Source: Octopus bimaculoides (taxonomy: Eukaryota). From it: a DNA stretch of 47,020 nt. The translations under genes were made by a program, and so were the position numbers. The notes beneath the pieces were generated by a model. The model saw only the letters and a list, made by a program, of their open reading frames with translations, searched no databases and was not told where the DNA came from. This document shows positions 32,885 to 45,165 of this stretch, one piece after another. The first letter of the stretch is position 1; each line of letters opens with the position of its first letter. The stretch lies in contig NC_068984.1 in the NCBI RefSeq assembly GCF_001194135.2, forward strand, positions 128,670,645 to 128,717,664, given 5' to 3'.

Positions 32885-33087
32885 CAGAATAGCTAGCACG
32901 CCAGACAAAATGTTTAGCGGCATTTCGTCCGGCTGAATGTCCTGAGTTCAAATTCAGCCGAGGTTGACTTCTGTTTTCATCTTTTCAGGTCAATAAAATT
33001 AGTACTAGCTGAGCACTGAAGTTGATGTAATTGGCTAGTCCTCTTCACACAAAATCTCAGGCCTTGTGCCTATATGTAGAAAGGGTT
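32885..33087 (+). mobile_element. SINE family A copy
   Basis: cagaatagctagcacgccagac...gagttcaaattcagccgaggttgact...ggccttgtgcctatatgtagaaagg. Confidence 0.8.
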
Positions 33088-33814
33088 TCAACTTTACGCA
33101 ACAAAATTGTAGAAGTTAACAGCGTATTGTTAGTTGTGTGTTTCCTGTATGAATGTGAAACGCACACACTCGCGCATACATGATGTGCTTGAAAGTAAAC
33201 AAAATTACTTCTATTTTCAATGAAATTTAATCTCTATGGCAATAGCTGTGTAAGCTAAAAAAAAAATAGTATTTTTATCACATTTACATGAAGGAAGTGC
33301 AAACTTTCCATTAGTAAAATGCGATGCCAAATCTGAACGTTATCAGAATCACTGTGGAAGGAAGTTGAAAGAATGCTACATGAATAAAAACAAAATAATC
33401 ATTACTGTTTAAGCAAGGTTACCTTGTCACTGATGGTAGCAAAAGTGACATTCAAATCACTTTGTCTATTATATATATATATATATGTATAGGCAGGTAG
33501 GAGTTGTTTCTTATCTTTGTAAATTTTTATCGTGTCTCGTTTTTGTAGTTTTCGCAACATTTATGTCATCTTTAAAAGAAGCTTCCTGAAGAGAGAAAGA
33601 GATAAGCAACTCCGAAACTATTAAAGGGAAGAGATACAGTGTGTGTGTGTGTGTGTGTGAAAGAGAGAGAGAGAGAGAGAGAGAGAGAACAAGCGTAAAG
33701 ATATAGAGGATGTTTGAAATTAATGAGAGATATGAAACATGATAGATGCAGTCAGAGATATACAGATACAACACGCACGCGCACAGATACCCGCCACCTC
33801 CTTTCTAGTATAGG

Positions 33815-33950
33815 TAGCTATTTTACCGACTTCGAAAGAATGAAAGGCAAATTCGAACTTGATGGTATTTGAACTCAGAACGTTTAGCCAAAAGAATAGC
33901 TGGTATGCATTTGTGTCCAGCGCGGTATCGATTCTGCCAGCTCACCGTCT
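33815..33950 (-). mobile_element. SINE family A 5' half
   Basis: gaaagaatgaaaggcaaattcgaac...tttgaactcagaacgt...ttctgccagctcaccg. Confidence 0.7.
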
Positions 33951-34089
33951 TGAACACACGTGTATTATTTAGTTAAATGGACAGAATGTTGACAGAGAAG
34001 TAAATGATGTGAGACAAATAACAGCAAATCAAAATATATGTATATATGTGTATATCTACACACACAGACGCAGACACATATATCCACAC

Positions 34090-34138
34090 ACATATATATA
34101 TATGTGTTTCCGTCTATATGTATTTGTATTTGTATGTA

Positions 34139-34232
<94 letters not shown>

Positions 34233-34245
34233 CGTGTGTGGGGGT
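34090..34245. repeat. (TA)n-(TG)n microsatellite
   Basis: Direct reading. Confidence 0.95.
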
Positions 34246-35029
34246 GTATAATTATGTGTGTGGATGTGTGTGCTTGTGTGTGTTGAAATGTGTTTGAATA
34301 ACAAAATGCTGAGGAATGTATATCATTTTAAGTGGTTCATCATGGGCCACACAATGTTATGTGAGAATATTTATAGCAACAACCCAGTTACAGTTTTGAG
34401 GCTCCCGTCCCCTATTTCAACAAACTCACCTATATACCAACCAACCAGCCAGCCATCGACAAATATTGCATTACCCTTTAGATAACACAATAAAAGTTAG
34501 AGGGCTCAGTTGAAAGTGTTTGTATTTTTAGAATGGCATAATACTCGCAGTGTTTTTAGTTGTTCTTGGTGTTTGCTTGGAGGTGATTTTGTGTTGCGAT
34601 AACGTTTGTGGTTGTTGAAGTCTGTCGCAGCAACTAACTGTGTCCTTTCCATGCAAAGACTGGGAGAGAAATTTTGCAAGAAGAAATGGTATTTGAAGGG
34701 TGCTGTGATATTTTTTGTTTTGTTTTTGAGGTGGACTCGTCAAATATTCGCGTGCCTCTTCTTGGCTCTCAGAGCCATGGAACAATGTACCGGTTGAACT
34801 CTGCTCTACTTTAGTAGACCCTGAGGACATGTTCAGTAGATGAGGCAGAGCAACTGTTGCTCCCTGATAGAGTCCACCGCCCGAGACTGAAATTTAGTTC
34901 GAGTTCGAAGAGGAGGAGGCGGGAGGAGGAAATCAAGGGAATTTAATCAGTGAGTTATACCGTTAGCATCTTTAAATAAACGAGAACTTTCTCGGCTTAA
35001 TCCCCTCTTGTTTCCTTTACAAATTTTCC

Positions 35030-35160
35030 AGTAGAATCGTTAGAACGTTGGAAAAATGCTTTGCGGCATTTCTTTTGAATCTTTATATTCTGAGTTCAAA
35101 TCTCATCGAGGTCAACTCCGTCTTTCATCTCTCAAAGGTCGGTGAAATAAAGTACCAGTA
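35030..35160 (+). mobile_element. SINE family A fragment
   Basis: agaatcgttagaacgttgg...ctgagttcaaatctcatcgaggtcaactccgtctttcatc...aaagtaccag. Confidence 0.7.
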
Positions 35161-35279
35161 TTATTGGATTTGTACCTAAATTAGAAACCATTTTGTTAGT
35201 CTATAGAATGTATGAAAACAAGATAGCAATTTTTATAATTATCCATACTTCCTTTTCTCCAGTAAGTAATATCTACGAT

Positions 35280-35317
<38 letters not shown>

Positions 35318-35749
35318 TTCTTCAATTCTTATATTCAACTTTAGTTTATCATTGAACTGCATCCAAATTATTACTTTTATAAATAGTTTTCTCTCGAAAC
35401 TTCCTCCGTTCACATCGTACAAGAGTCATTGAGGATGTTAAATACGCAGGCCGGGAAGATTTTCTTCTACTTCGAAACCCATCATTACACATCGTTTAGT
35501 GAGCATAATTTCTATTTCTTACATTGGTTCCCATAATATATTCTACATCAACCGTTGCAATCGACGAACATTATATTTAAGAAGTTCAGCAGTTTTTTAT
35601 GATACTCAATTACTCTGCAAACACCGTACATCATTAGTTTGTTTTCATAGTTTTATCGTTCTTTCCCATTTCCTTATGCTTTCATTTTACTGTGTTCTTA
35701 TTTCTAACTTCTGTTTATCAAGACTATATTTTTCTTTCGTTTACTGTGC

Positions 35750-36330
35750 CATATCTTTCTTCTCAAGACTTTCTACAAATTCCCGTTTTATTTACTCTTT
35801 ATGCATTATTCCCCACTCATTCTCTTCTCCTCTTCATATAACTCTCTATCACCATCACTTTTTTCCACTTTGTTCCATATTCCTTCCATTAGTATTTATC
35901 TTCAGATACCCATTCCCATACCATTTCATTCTCTCCTAGCTACCATCTTGTTACTTATCACATGCCTGCCAAGCATTTGCTTTCCTTATCTTCTTCATCC
36001 AACATAATGGTCCTCAACATTTTTTTTCCCAATCTTCGCCCTCTGGAAACTTTTTGCAAATTCTGTTTCCAGATAACTCTCTCCACACAAAACAGTGAAA
36101 TACTAAAACGACATTTTAAACTCACTTTTTTATTTAATGAGGTACTTGAAACCGATGTTTCTTTTTTTCCTATTTTCTTTTGTTACTAAAAATGCAATTT
36201 TCGGTTTAATGTCGCTGAGTTTAAGTGATACCTCGCCCCTTTTGCACACATCCAATTTGTCTCAACTAAATAGCATAATAGAAAATAGACAATTATTTCT
36301 GAAATATCGGTCGACAACTTTGAATATAGT
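35750..36330 (-). mobile_element. Possible ancient RTE-like LINE remnant
   Basis: Strong purine skew on the minus strand. Fragments KVSLKCRF...KKMLRTI and RMKWYG occur in the order expected for RTE ORF2. Many stops. Confidence 0.3.
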
Positions 36331-37044
36331 GTTTTACAGACTTTTAATGATCAATTTTGATGGATAATTCAAAAATAATTTTACTCCTTGTCTGAATAAA
36401 TTTCGACCCACTTTCAGTGAAATATTCTCCTATTTTCACCCCAAAGAAGTTCATCTCCATCACAAGGGAAATAAAATAGTTATATTAAGAAACCCTGTTG
36501 TAATACACTATATCATATATGCTTCTTCTCTATTTAATATTTCGCTAAAGCTACTGATCTCCAGTTATTAATTTAAGCTTGGTCTTGTTATTTAATCCTT
36601 CTGCAGGTCATTCGTATCCCTACTCTACCCTTTTCTGTTTTCTTTTTACGTTCTCTATATTTTTTACTTCTACATCTAAGCTCTTTATTACGAGCTGATG
36701 AAGAAACCTCTATATGGTCGCTCGACTGGTCAAAAATAGTAGACGAATCTTCTTCAAACCATCTTAAAACAAGTCATTTTGGATAACATAGTCTGCTGTA
36801 CACTATCTATGTGTCACGCTGTTCATAGGCTGACTGTCTTTGATCCATATTTACTTGATCAGAGCCGACTCGAGGCTCAACAACGTCAAGAACAACAATC
36901 TCTTAAACTACAACCAGTTCCACTTAACCATTTTAGTTAACAATCAACAAGTCTTCATATTCTAGTTTCTGATTAGTTAATTTTCTAATTAGTTAATTTT
37001 CTAATTAGTTAATTTAACTTTTAGTTTTCATAAATATCCCCCAA

Positions 37045-37482
37045 AGCGGCGAACTAGCAAAACCGGTAGCGCGCCGGACAAAATGCTAAGCGGTATTTCT
37101 TCTAGCTCTTTTCATACTGAGGTCGACTTTTCCTTTTTATCCCTTCGGGTCATAACATATGTACTAGTAGAGCACCAGGTTCGATGTAACTGACTGGTCC
37201 CCTCTTCCAAAATTCCAGGCCTTGTATTTATAAGTAGAAAGAATTCTCACAAATAGTCCACCTATATTGTTTTCAAATTTAAGGGCAAGGCCAACAATTT
37301 ATGGGAGGGGATAAGTCGACTACATCGTCCCGCAGTTCTCAACTGGTACTTATTTTATCGACCCCGAAAGGATGAAAGGCAAAATCGATACCGGTGGGAT
37401 TTGAATTCAGAACGTAAAATCAGAGGAAATGCCGCTAAATATTTTGTTCGAAGCGGTATCAATTCTGCCAGCTCACCGCCTT
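37045..37482. mobile_element. Tail-to-tail inverted pair of SINE family A (+ 37045-37243, - 37262-37482)
   Basis: First copy aagcggcgaactagc...gtagaaag. Second is the reverse complement ttttcaaatttaagggcaagg...ttctgccagctcaccgcc. Confidence 0.85.
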
Positions 37483-38479
37483 AAATTTTGCCTTCATTAA
37501 AACATTTGGTTGCATAGACTTGACTTTTTGTACATGCCGTCTGCTAATTATGGGCAATGCGATTATTACGTAATTCCGGGCTCCCAGTAACAGCTGTCGA
37601 GTTAAAAATGCTATGCATTCTCGCCTAGTATTCCGTATTTTTTATGTTCCATGTAAATGGGAATTTATTTGTCTATATATATAAATATCTGTATTCATGT
37701 ACATATGTGTTTTTATTTCCCGAATATATTTAGTTTTTTGTATCTATACATACATACATACATACACACATACATACACACATACATACATACATACATA
37801 CATACGTATATGTGTGTGTGTGTGTGAGCGCACCGCTTGTACATCTGATGAATTACCTTTTATGCAAGCATTACATGTTAAGTAAAGTAGATCAGACTTT
37901 TACAAGCGGAGTCTGTTTTTGATTTTACGAACGAACTTCTCTGATACGATTCATAAATTTATAAGTAGATTAAAGCAGATTGAAAAAGTATTTAGGCTTG
38001 ACCCCCGTGATGTTGATCAGTGGCATGTAATCCATTCTCTGGGATTCAAGAGGGAATTAAAATACGTGACTTCTCCGTGGAGATAATAAACGAAAGAAAA
38101 TATGTACATATCATTACAGAAGCACGCTTTTGTAACTCTATTACCGCCATTGCATCCTTCATTTTTTAACATGTTTGTTGTTTGTGACATTATACTACTC
38201 ACATTTTCGGTACCAGATTACAAAATAAATAAATAAATAAATAAAATGTATACATGCTTAATATAAAATAAAAATGAAACGATATAAAAAAAATTCGCTA
38301 TAAGACTGCTCTTATCATATCTCGTATTACTGATTACCGAGATCCTGACATTACTGAAAATGTAATACAAATAGCAATAGCTGGGAAGATTACATTTAAT
38401 ATGGTATACCAAAAGAGAAATCTCTTAAATCTAAGAATTCTGCTTCCACTCTTCATATAAAAACAAAAATAAATATAGC

Positions 38480-38740
38480 CATCCATCTTCGCCCAATATT
38501 CCTTGGAGGGTCGTGGTGAGTCCTCAAGCATCTCCTTCACAAGGTCCTATCAGAAACAACTGCCATCAGACTTTCTTGTTTGATTCCCAAACATGATTAA
38601 CTGAGGTTATGGATATTATCCACTCATCTCATCTTGGTCTACACCTAGGTCTACTACCTGGTGACCCGGCTGGAATAATCCGTTTGGCGATTCTTTCCTC
38701 CGATATTCTAATCGAATGGAATCTCTCTGAAGGATCTCTA
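38480..38740 (-). mobile_element. Decayed RTE-clade LINE 3' end
   Basis: Minus translation RISEERIAKRIIPAGSPGSRPRCRPR* resembles the RTE C-terminal motif (R.PKR.....G.RPRGRPR..W). Frame-broken downstream. Confidence 0.6.
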
Positions 38741-38924
38741 AAATAACGTTACTCCACACGGTGCGTAGCTCGGGGACCAGGGTGTCTTTTCAGGTTGAGC
38801 CCTGCTTCTCTGTATTGAATGCTCATAGCTTCAGTACTTCAGACATGTGATCAGAATATCACAGGAAAGAATTCCCCGATGGATTCTTCTCACCGAGCTA
38901 ACTGCAGGAGACCTAGGAGTAGAA

Positions 38925-39315
38925 AAACGTTGGCAGAATCGTTAGAGCTTCGGAAAAATTGTTTTGCGGTATTCTTTCCGGCTTTTAAACTAATGATTTC
39001 AAACCCCACTGAAGCCAACTTTGTCTTTCATATCTTCCGCCGCGATACATATAATAAAACAACATTTTGCCTTTCATCATCCAGCCCCACAGTACATAAA
39101 ATAAATTATAACTTCGCTTTTCATACATCCATGATACATTTAACAAAATACCACTTCACCTTTACCTCACCCCGGGTATTCATAAAATGCAGTACCACTT
39201 TGCCTTTCATCCACTTCGGGATGCATACAATGAAGCACCAGTCATGTACTTGGGTTGATGGTATCGGCTTGCCCCTCTAAAATGTGCTGACCTTGTGCAA
39301 AAACTAGGAACAATT
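38925..39315 (+). mobile_element. SINE family A with tandemly amplified central domain
   Basis: Head (ttggcagaatcgttag) and tail (ctgaccttgtgcaaaaactaggaac) flank five ~45-bp actttgcctttcatc...taaaata-like units. Confidence 0.7.
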
Positions 39316-41710
39316 TTATTAAATAACATTTCTAACTCAGCTGAACGTATTCAGATGGTTGGCATTTGAAATGCAAAAGTACAATAAACATTGAACGGAT
39401 GGATGGTCGGCCATATTTGCAATGTAGTTTTACTTGCTTTCTATAGCAACCAGACCTTTTCTGATAAACACCTTTATTTATGAAAGGCTATACATCGTTG
39501 TTAATGTGTACCAGCAATATTTACTCAGAATACTGATTTTACCAGTGTTTATGTTAAGAGAAACCGAAATATATTCTATTATATACATTTGAGTGATCTG
39601 CGCTGTAAACGCATTCTCACTGACATTTTCAGTCAAGTGTTACGTGTTATTGCCGAAAGTTGTGTTATTGGAAAACTTAAACATGTTGTTTGTTATTTTT
39701 GTTTTACCATATGGCCTTTAGTTTGTTATTTGTATAACATTACACTAACAAATGCAGAGCAACATTGAACAACGGGTGCATATTCACGTGCTTTGTTCTT
39801 CAGTGGAAACAAAACTAATAAGCATTAAATGTTTGTGGAGAATGTAGACAAATACAATACGAGAATATCATAGGTCATCACTGCTTCCTTTCATTATTCG
39901 AAGAAAATTTATGTTACAGCGAACAAAATGCATCTGAAGCTTTCTGTTTCCGTACCCAAGGTAACGTAATATTCTCTCAATTTAATTATTTGCTGTTCCA
40001 CATAGAGCACAGACAATAGGAGGGGAAGAAGTAAAAAAATAAGAAAACTGCTACCACGAATTATTATGAAATTTATTGCATGTCATCTTCAAAAGATGGA
40101 TTGATTATGTAAGAGAGAAAATGTTTTTCTTTAAAAATAAATCTTTCTATCTTCTATTTTTTTTCTTATATCTTCATTCTCTCCTTTCTCATCTCGTTTC
40201 TATTTCTCAAATATCTGCTGTGTTTCATTAAATGTGAGATATGTATTTCTAACAGAAATACGTCAAATGTTTAAAACTTTAGGGGCCTTTGCTGCAAAAA
40301 ATCCTATAAATCTTCATTGAATACGTACATTAACATCTAAACACAATGTGAACATGCTAACAAGGAACTTCCACATGGCCCCTTGATGTGCTCAAAATAG
40401 CAGCCAAATCTACTCCAACTCCACACTCTACTACTCTTAAACAAACAAACAAACATTGAAAAATGTAGGCTAGAGTTCACTTACCTTGAAAATATGTCGA
40501 GATCGCGATAGCTTGGTTATTTTTGAACATTGGGCTAAAAAACAGCAGGAACAATAACGATAACAACAACAATAATATAGCGACTAACGCTTAGGCAGGC
40601 TAATGAAGACACCGCCATGCGGTCGATTGACTTGCCAAGAAGAATAGCAGCCAGTCTGGTCCCAAATCACATAATGCCATTTTAAAACAAAGGATACATG
40701 AGTTAATGAAGTCGTGTGTCCTTTTTTTAGATACTCATGCATTTTAAAAACAACTGGATAGTCATCGCTGGAACGCCTTTGATCAAAGGTCTTTTCAGTA
40801 GGGCTGAGCAGGACTTAAAGATGATCAAGTACAGTACAACAAAGGCTCAGAAAACGCTTGAAATATCTTCATAGAATGTTTCAAACACGCCTTAAAGTTT
40901 ACTGAGATAAAATGGATTATAAGAGAAGGATTATTAAAAGCTCAATGCAAATATTACGAGTCTGTGGAAGTAAACTTATTAACTTTAAGAATCTTTACGT
41001 AAGGTTGTTGTAAAAGAATTTAAGGTTTGAGTTAAACCGAAGGAAGCTTTAGAAACTAATAATATTAAGCTGCACCACAAGAGTTAAACATTAATAAATT
41101 AACCATTGTATGGAACTGAAAGGAGATTAACGAGACAACATATAATAGAGAATTAGCCTGAAACCGGTGGGGCTGATAAGTTACTGCGGGAAGTAAAGTA
41201 ATCTGGGCGAGCCTAACCGGTCTGTATACAAAAAGAATGGAATGATGGATGACCAATGAGTTACGTAAATATGAAGGAATATATTTATATTTCGAAATTG
41301 ATGGCATAAAATAGAATGTACAGTATATATTCTAATAGTGTTTAGTAGGCCACTGGATAACTTAGAGCTATCTTATTCAAGAAATGCACACTTTAAAAGT
41401 GCTACTTCTCTAATAGAAGGCAGGCGGTCCATCTAATGATTCTTACTATTAAAGCAGTAACAGTGTTCTATATTTAAGCGATGAGGAATTATGTACATTA
41501 TTTACATTATTTACATTTGACAGACAACAGTGTTGTTATTTAGTTCTTGGTCAATTCTGATTGAATAGAAGACTTATGATGAAAGGCACACTACTCATAA
41601 CGATCCTGTTTTTCATTCAGATAAAATGTATCTAGGATTCCGTTATCAATTGTACCCTTCATTTTAAAAGAAGGAAATTTGACTGCTATTTCGGACCGGT
41701 GATTTGAAAG

Positions 41711-41877
41711 CAATGATGTAGCTAGAGTTTGCGCCGCCCGGGCAACTCTTGAGTTTTACCCCCACCACTTCACCTGTCCCGAGCCTATTCAGGATTATAC
41801 AGCAGATCCAAAAGTGTCGCCCCCATGAAAGCGTATCTCGAGGTGGACTTCTCCACTAACCCCCAGCTCTGTTACTG
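41711..41877. mobile_element. Old MITE, probably hAT-type (167 bp)
   Basis: Degenerate TIRs CAATGATGTAGCT / reverse complement CAGTAACAGAGCT. The 8-bp flanks tttgaaag (41703-10) and tttgcaag (41878-85) match 7/8. The interior is GC-richer (gcgccgcccgggc...gtgtcgccccc). Confidence 0.55.
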
Positions 41878-43247
41878 TTTGCAAGTGTACAGGAACCTGG
41901 GTAGGTGCATCTATGCTGAGACAAATAATGATCTTTAATTTTATAAATTGCAAGTTATAATAAATTATAATAAATTATAACTTACAATAAATTATAACAT
42001 TTTGGTCTACAAAATCAGTCATTTGTTATTTCGTATGACTTATTTGTTATGAGTTACTTCCTCAGCGGATAGTTTCAAATTTGTATGTAGTAAGATTAGG
42101 CCCATGGGCAACGATTTCTTTATATCTAGGGTAGAGGCTTCTCATTGTCTCATTATGGTTGTAATGTTGGTGTGGTGATGTTATAGTAGTAAAGTCGGTG
42201 TAATGATATTGATGTAAATCGTTTAAAACCATCATTAAACAGTTATTGTTTAAAGCCATCATTTGACAAAGCAGAGATTATTTTCAGAAAAATGATGTCC
42301 TTAGATTGTTTGTTGCTGCAACAAATAAAACAAAGTTATCTTTAAACAACAATAAGAATTGAATTAATTAATTGAGTCACTAAAAATCATTTGGGAGGTG
42401 TCTTTCCCGCTCAGTTTTGACTAGAGGTTTGGTTGAATGTTTCTGATTCAAAAGTATTTGTCATCTATTACTGTGATCTTCTCATTGACGACTTGAATGA
42501 CATATTAAAGAGTTAATATATCAATCCTGCTAGTTTTGACAACAAGTCTATTGATAAAATATTCTTTCGGGAGCTCTTCATATTGGGAAACATCCTGACG
42601 TTAACATGTTATCGGTGACAGGAAACTGTAATAGCTTCATCAGCGTATATTGCTTAACCTGTGTAGAAACTTTTAGCTGTGTCGAATCCATTTGACGTGA
42701 CGGCAGCGACGAAGTTATCTTCATTTTCAACATCTCTCTCTCCTTTCTCTCTCCCCCTCTCTCCCCCCTCTCTCTCTTCCCCTCTCTCTCCCCCTCTCTC
42801 TCTTTCCACAACAAATATATAAATATATACGTACATACGTGTGTGTCTGTGTGTGTCTGAGTGTGTGCGCGCGCTTGTGTATGCATGAGTGTATTTGTTG
42901 CCGCAGAAAAAAAAAAAAAAAAAGATTGCATAGAAATTAATTCGGAGATATTTTAAATTCCTCTGTGAATACTTTTATTGCTTTAGATTTCTGCTATTGT
43001 TCTATACTTTAAACATGCTGATATCTTCCAACTCATTGTTTACCATACGACTGGCGTCTCTGGATTATTTAAATTTTAAACAATTTTACATTTTCTTTTT
43101 TGCAGAGACAAATATATATATATTTTATATGTGTATATACATATTTCGATGATGGCACCTACAAGGCTGGTCATGTTACATTTAAATGTTTGAATTTATC
43201 TGCGTGCAAATATATTTAGTTAATAACTTCCCTTGTTACTACTGCAA

Positions 43248-43607
43248 GTGGAGGCGCAATGGCGCTGTGGTTAGGGCAGCGAACTCGCGGTCATAGGATC
43301 GCGGTTTCGATTCCCAGACCGGGAGTTGTAAGTGTTTATTGAGCGAAAACACCTACAGCTCCACGAGGCTCCGGCAGGGGATGGTGGCGAACCCTGCTGT
43401 ACTCTTTCACCACAACTTTCTCTTGGTTTCTGTTGTGCCCGTAATCCAAAGGGTCAGCCGTGTCACGCTGAATATCCCCGAGAACTACGTTAAGGGTACA
43501 TGTGTCTGTGGAGTGCTCAGCCACTTGCACGTTAATTTCACGAGCAGGCTGTTCCGTTGATCGGATCAACTGGAACCCTCGACGTCGTAAGCGACGGAGT
43601 GCCAACA
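43248..43607 (+). mobile_element. Full-length tRNA-derived SINE (family C) with 10-bp TSD
   Basis: tRNA-like head with A box (gctgtggttagg) and B box (ggtttcgattccc). TSD actactgcaa at 43238-43247 and 43608-43617. Highly similar to 14252-14581. Confidence 0.9.
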
Positions 43608-43719
43608 ACTACTGCAAATTATTTAAGTTCTTCGCTTCCTACAGTACATAGGCAATCGATGATTTTTATCCACTCTTTTCGACTCTGGGCTGTCTTTTCG
43701 TCTCTCATGTCTTGTTGGC

Positions 43720-43990
43720 TTTCAATTATCATCAATGCCTCTTAATTTACCTTTCTCTTGGTAGGGACGTTGGCTCTACGCAAACCCATGTTTCCTTCTG
43801 GGAAGAAGTGATCTATATTAGTTTGGCCTCCATGGGAATCCCTATCAGGAGCTCGCACTCTGCTGGCATACTTCTCAGGGTTATTGCGGCATACAAGCCA
43901 CCACATCGCAAAAAGGACTTAGCCATGTGGTGGATTACTGTAAACTACCAAATTTCTTTACTTCGCAGCAGGAACCAGAACAATGCGTAA
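43720..43990 (-). mobile_element. Highly decayed RTE-like LINE fragment
   Basis: Minus frame MLRIVL...VYSNPP...CRNNPEKYASRV...SHG loosely matches the RTE C-terminal consensus (MLRxVL...LYGxLP...GHCxR...HG). Confidence 0.4.
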
Positions 43991-44062
43991 CATCTTTATT
44001 TGTCTTTCGTTCAGAATAATAGAGGGACATGTTCTTCCATACTTTCGACCCCCCCACAAAAA

Positions 44063-44283
44063 AAAATATTGATTTCAAATTTTGGCACAAGATCAGCAAC
44101 TTTCGGGGAGGGAGTAAGTCGATTACATCGACACCAGTACTCAACTTGGTACTTATTTTATCGACCCCGAAATGATGAAAAGGTAAAATCGACGTCGGTG
44201 GAATTTGAACTGAGAACATAAAGACGGACGAAGCCCCAGTAAGCATTTTGCCTGGCGTGCTAACGATTCTGCGAGCTCGCTAC
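44063..44283 (-). mobile_element. SINE family A copy
   Basis: Full reverse-complement match, with tail aatattgatttcaaattttggcacaag. Confidence 0.9.
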
Positions 44284-44427
44284 CTTCATCTCAGAAAGTA
44301 ATTTTAGACATAAAAAGAAATGAATGAATTCTCACGGTATATTTAACTCCACTTTAGTTAGAATTTTAATGATCTGCATATAAAAAACTATGCTAATGTC
44401 TACATAGACTTATTTATATTTTACTAA

Positions 44428-44990
44428 GGCGGCGAGCTGGCAGAATCGTTAGCACCCCGGGCGAAATACTTATCGGTATTTCGTCTGCCATTACGTTCTG
44501 AGTTCAAATTCCGCCGAGGTCGACTTTGCCTTTCATCCTTTCGGGGTCGATTAAATAAGTACGCACTGGGGTCGATATAATCGACTTAATCCGTTTGTCT
44601 GTCCTTCTTTGTCCCCTCTANNNNNNNNNNNNNNNNNNNNNNNNNNNNNNNNNNNNNNNNNNNNNNNNNNNNNNNNNNNNNNNNNNNNNNNNNNNNNNNN
44701 NNNNNNNNNNNNNNNNNNNNNNNNNNNNNNNNNNNNNNNNNNNNNNNNNNNNNNNNNNNNNNNNNNNNNNNNNNNNNNNNNNNNNNNNNNNNNNNNNNNN
44801 NNNNNNACTTATCGGTATTTCGTCTGCCATTACGTTCTGAGTTCAAATTCCGCCGAGGTCGACTTTGCCTTTCATCCTTTCGGGGTCGATTAAATAAGTA
44901 CGCACTGGGGTCGATATAATCGACTTAATCCGTTTGTCTGTCCTTCTTTGTCCCCTCTATGTTTAGTCCCTTGTGGGTAGTAAAGAAATA
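44428..44990 (+). mobile_element. Young tRNA-derived SINE (family A), apparently duplicated across the gap
   Basis: ggcggcgagctggcagaatcgttagc...tgagttcaaattccgccgaggtcgactttgcctttcatcctttcggggtcgat...agtac. The central gtcgactttgcctttcatcctttcggggtcgataaa...agtacc domain resembles, from memory, the MetaSINE central domain. Confidence 0.9.
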
Positions 44991-44991
44991 A

Positions 44992-45165
44992 GAATCGTTA
45001 GCACGCCGACCGAAATATTTAGTAGCATTTATTACGGTTTTACGTTCAAATTCCGTCAAGGTCGACTATTTTGATAAAATAAGTACCAGTTGATTACTGG
45101 GGCCCATGTAATCGATTTTCCTCACTTTCCCTAAGTTTGCTGGTTTTGCGCCAAAATTTGAAATT
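44992..45165 (+). mobile_element. SINE family A copy (internal deletion)
   Basis: agaatcgttagcacgccgaccgaaat...ttcaaattccgtcaaggtcgact...gataaaataagtaccag...gccaaaatttgaaa. Confidence 0.75.

Larger units (their letters stand above)
6874..44806. other. Eight assembly gaps: 6874-7048, 7917-8639, 14582-15183, 15491-16025, 20154-20163, 29972-30512, 31859-32134, 44621-44806
   Basis: N-runs read directly. Almost every edge is a microsatellite or SINE. Confidence 0.97.

Noticed and set aside
39016-39240. CRISPR-like repeat-spacer array
   Set aside because: The units are diverged SINE central-domain copies without unique spacers; the context is eukaryotic and has no cas genes.
39480-39650. Cadherin-like words (NVSENA, NINTGKI) on the minus strand
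   Set aside because: Spacing is wrong, DxD/LDxE/DxNDN calcium motifs are absent, and there are flanking in-frame stops.
6745-44893. Long ORFs of 80-270 aa made mostly of X (around 6745-7186, 7891-8721, 14476-16095, 29906-30709, 31769-32184, 44586-44893)
   Set aside because: They are open only because N-runs contain no stop codons.
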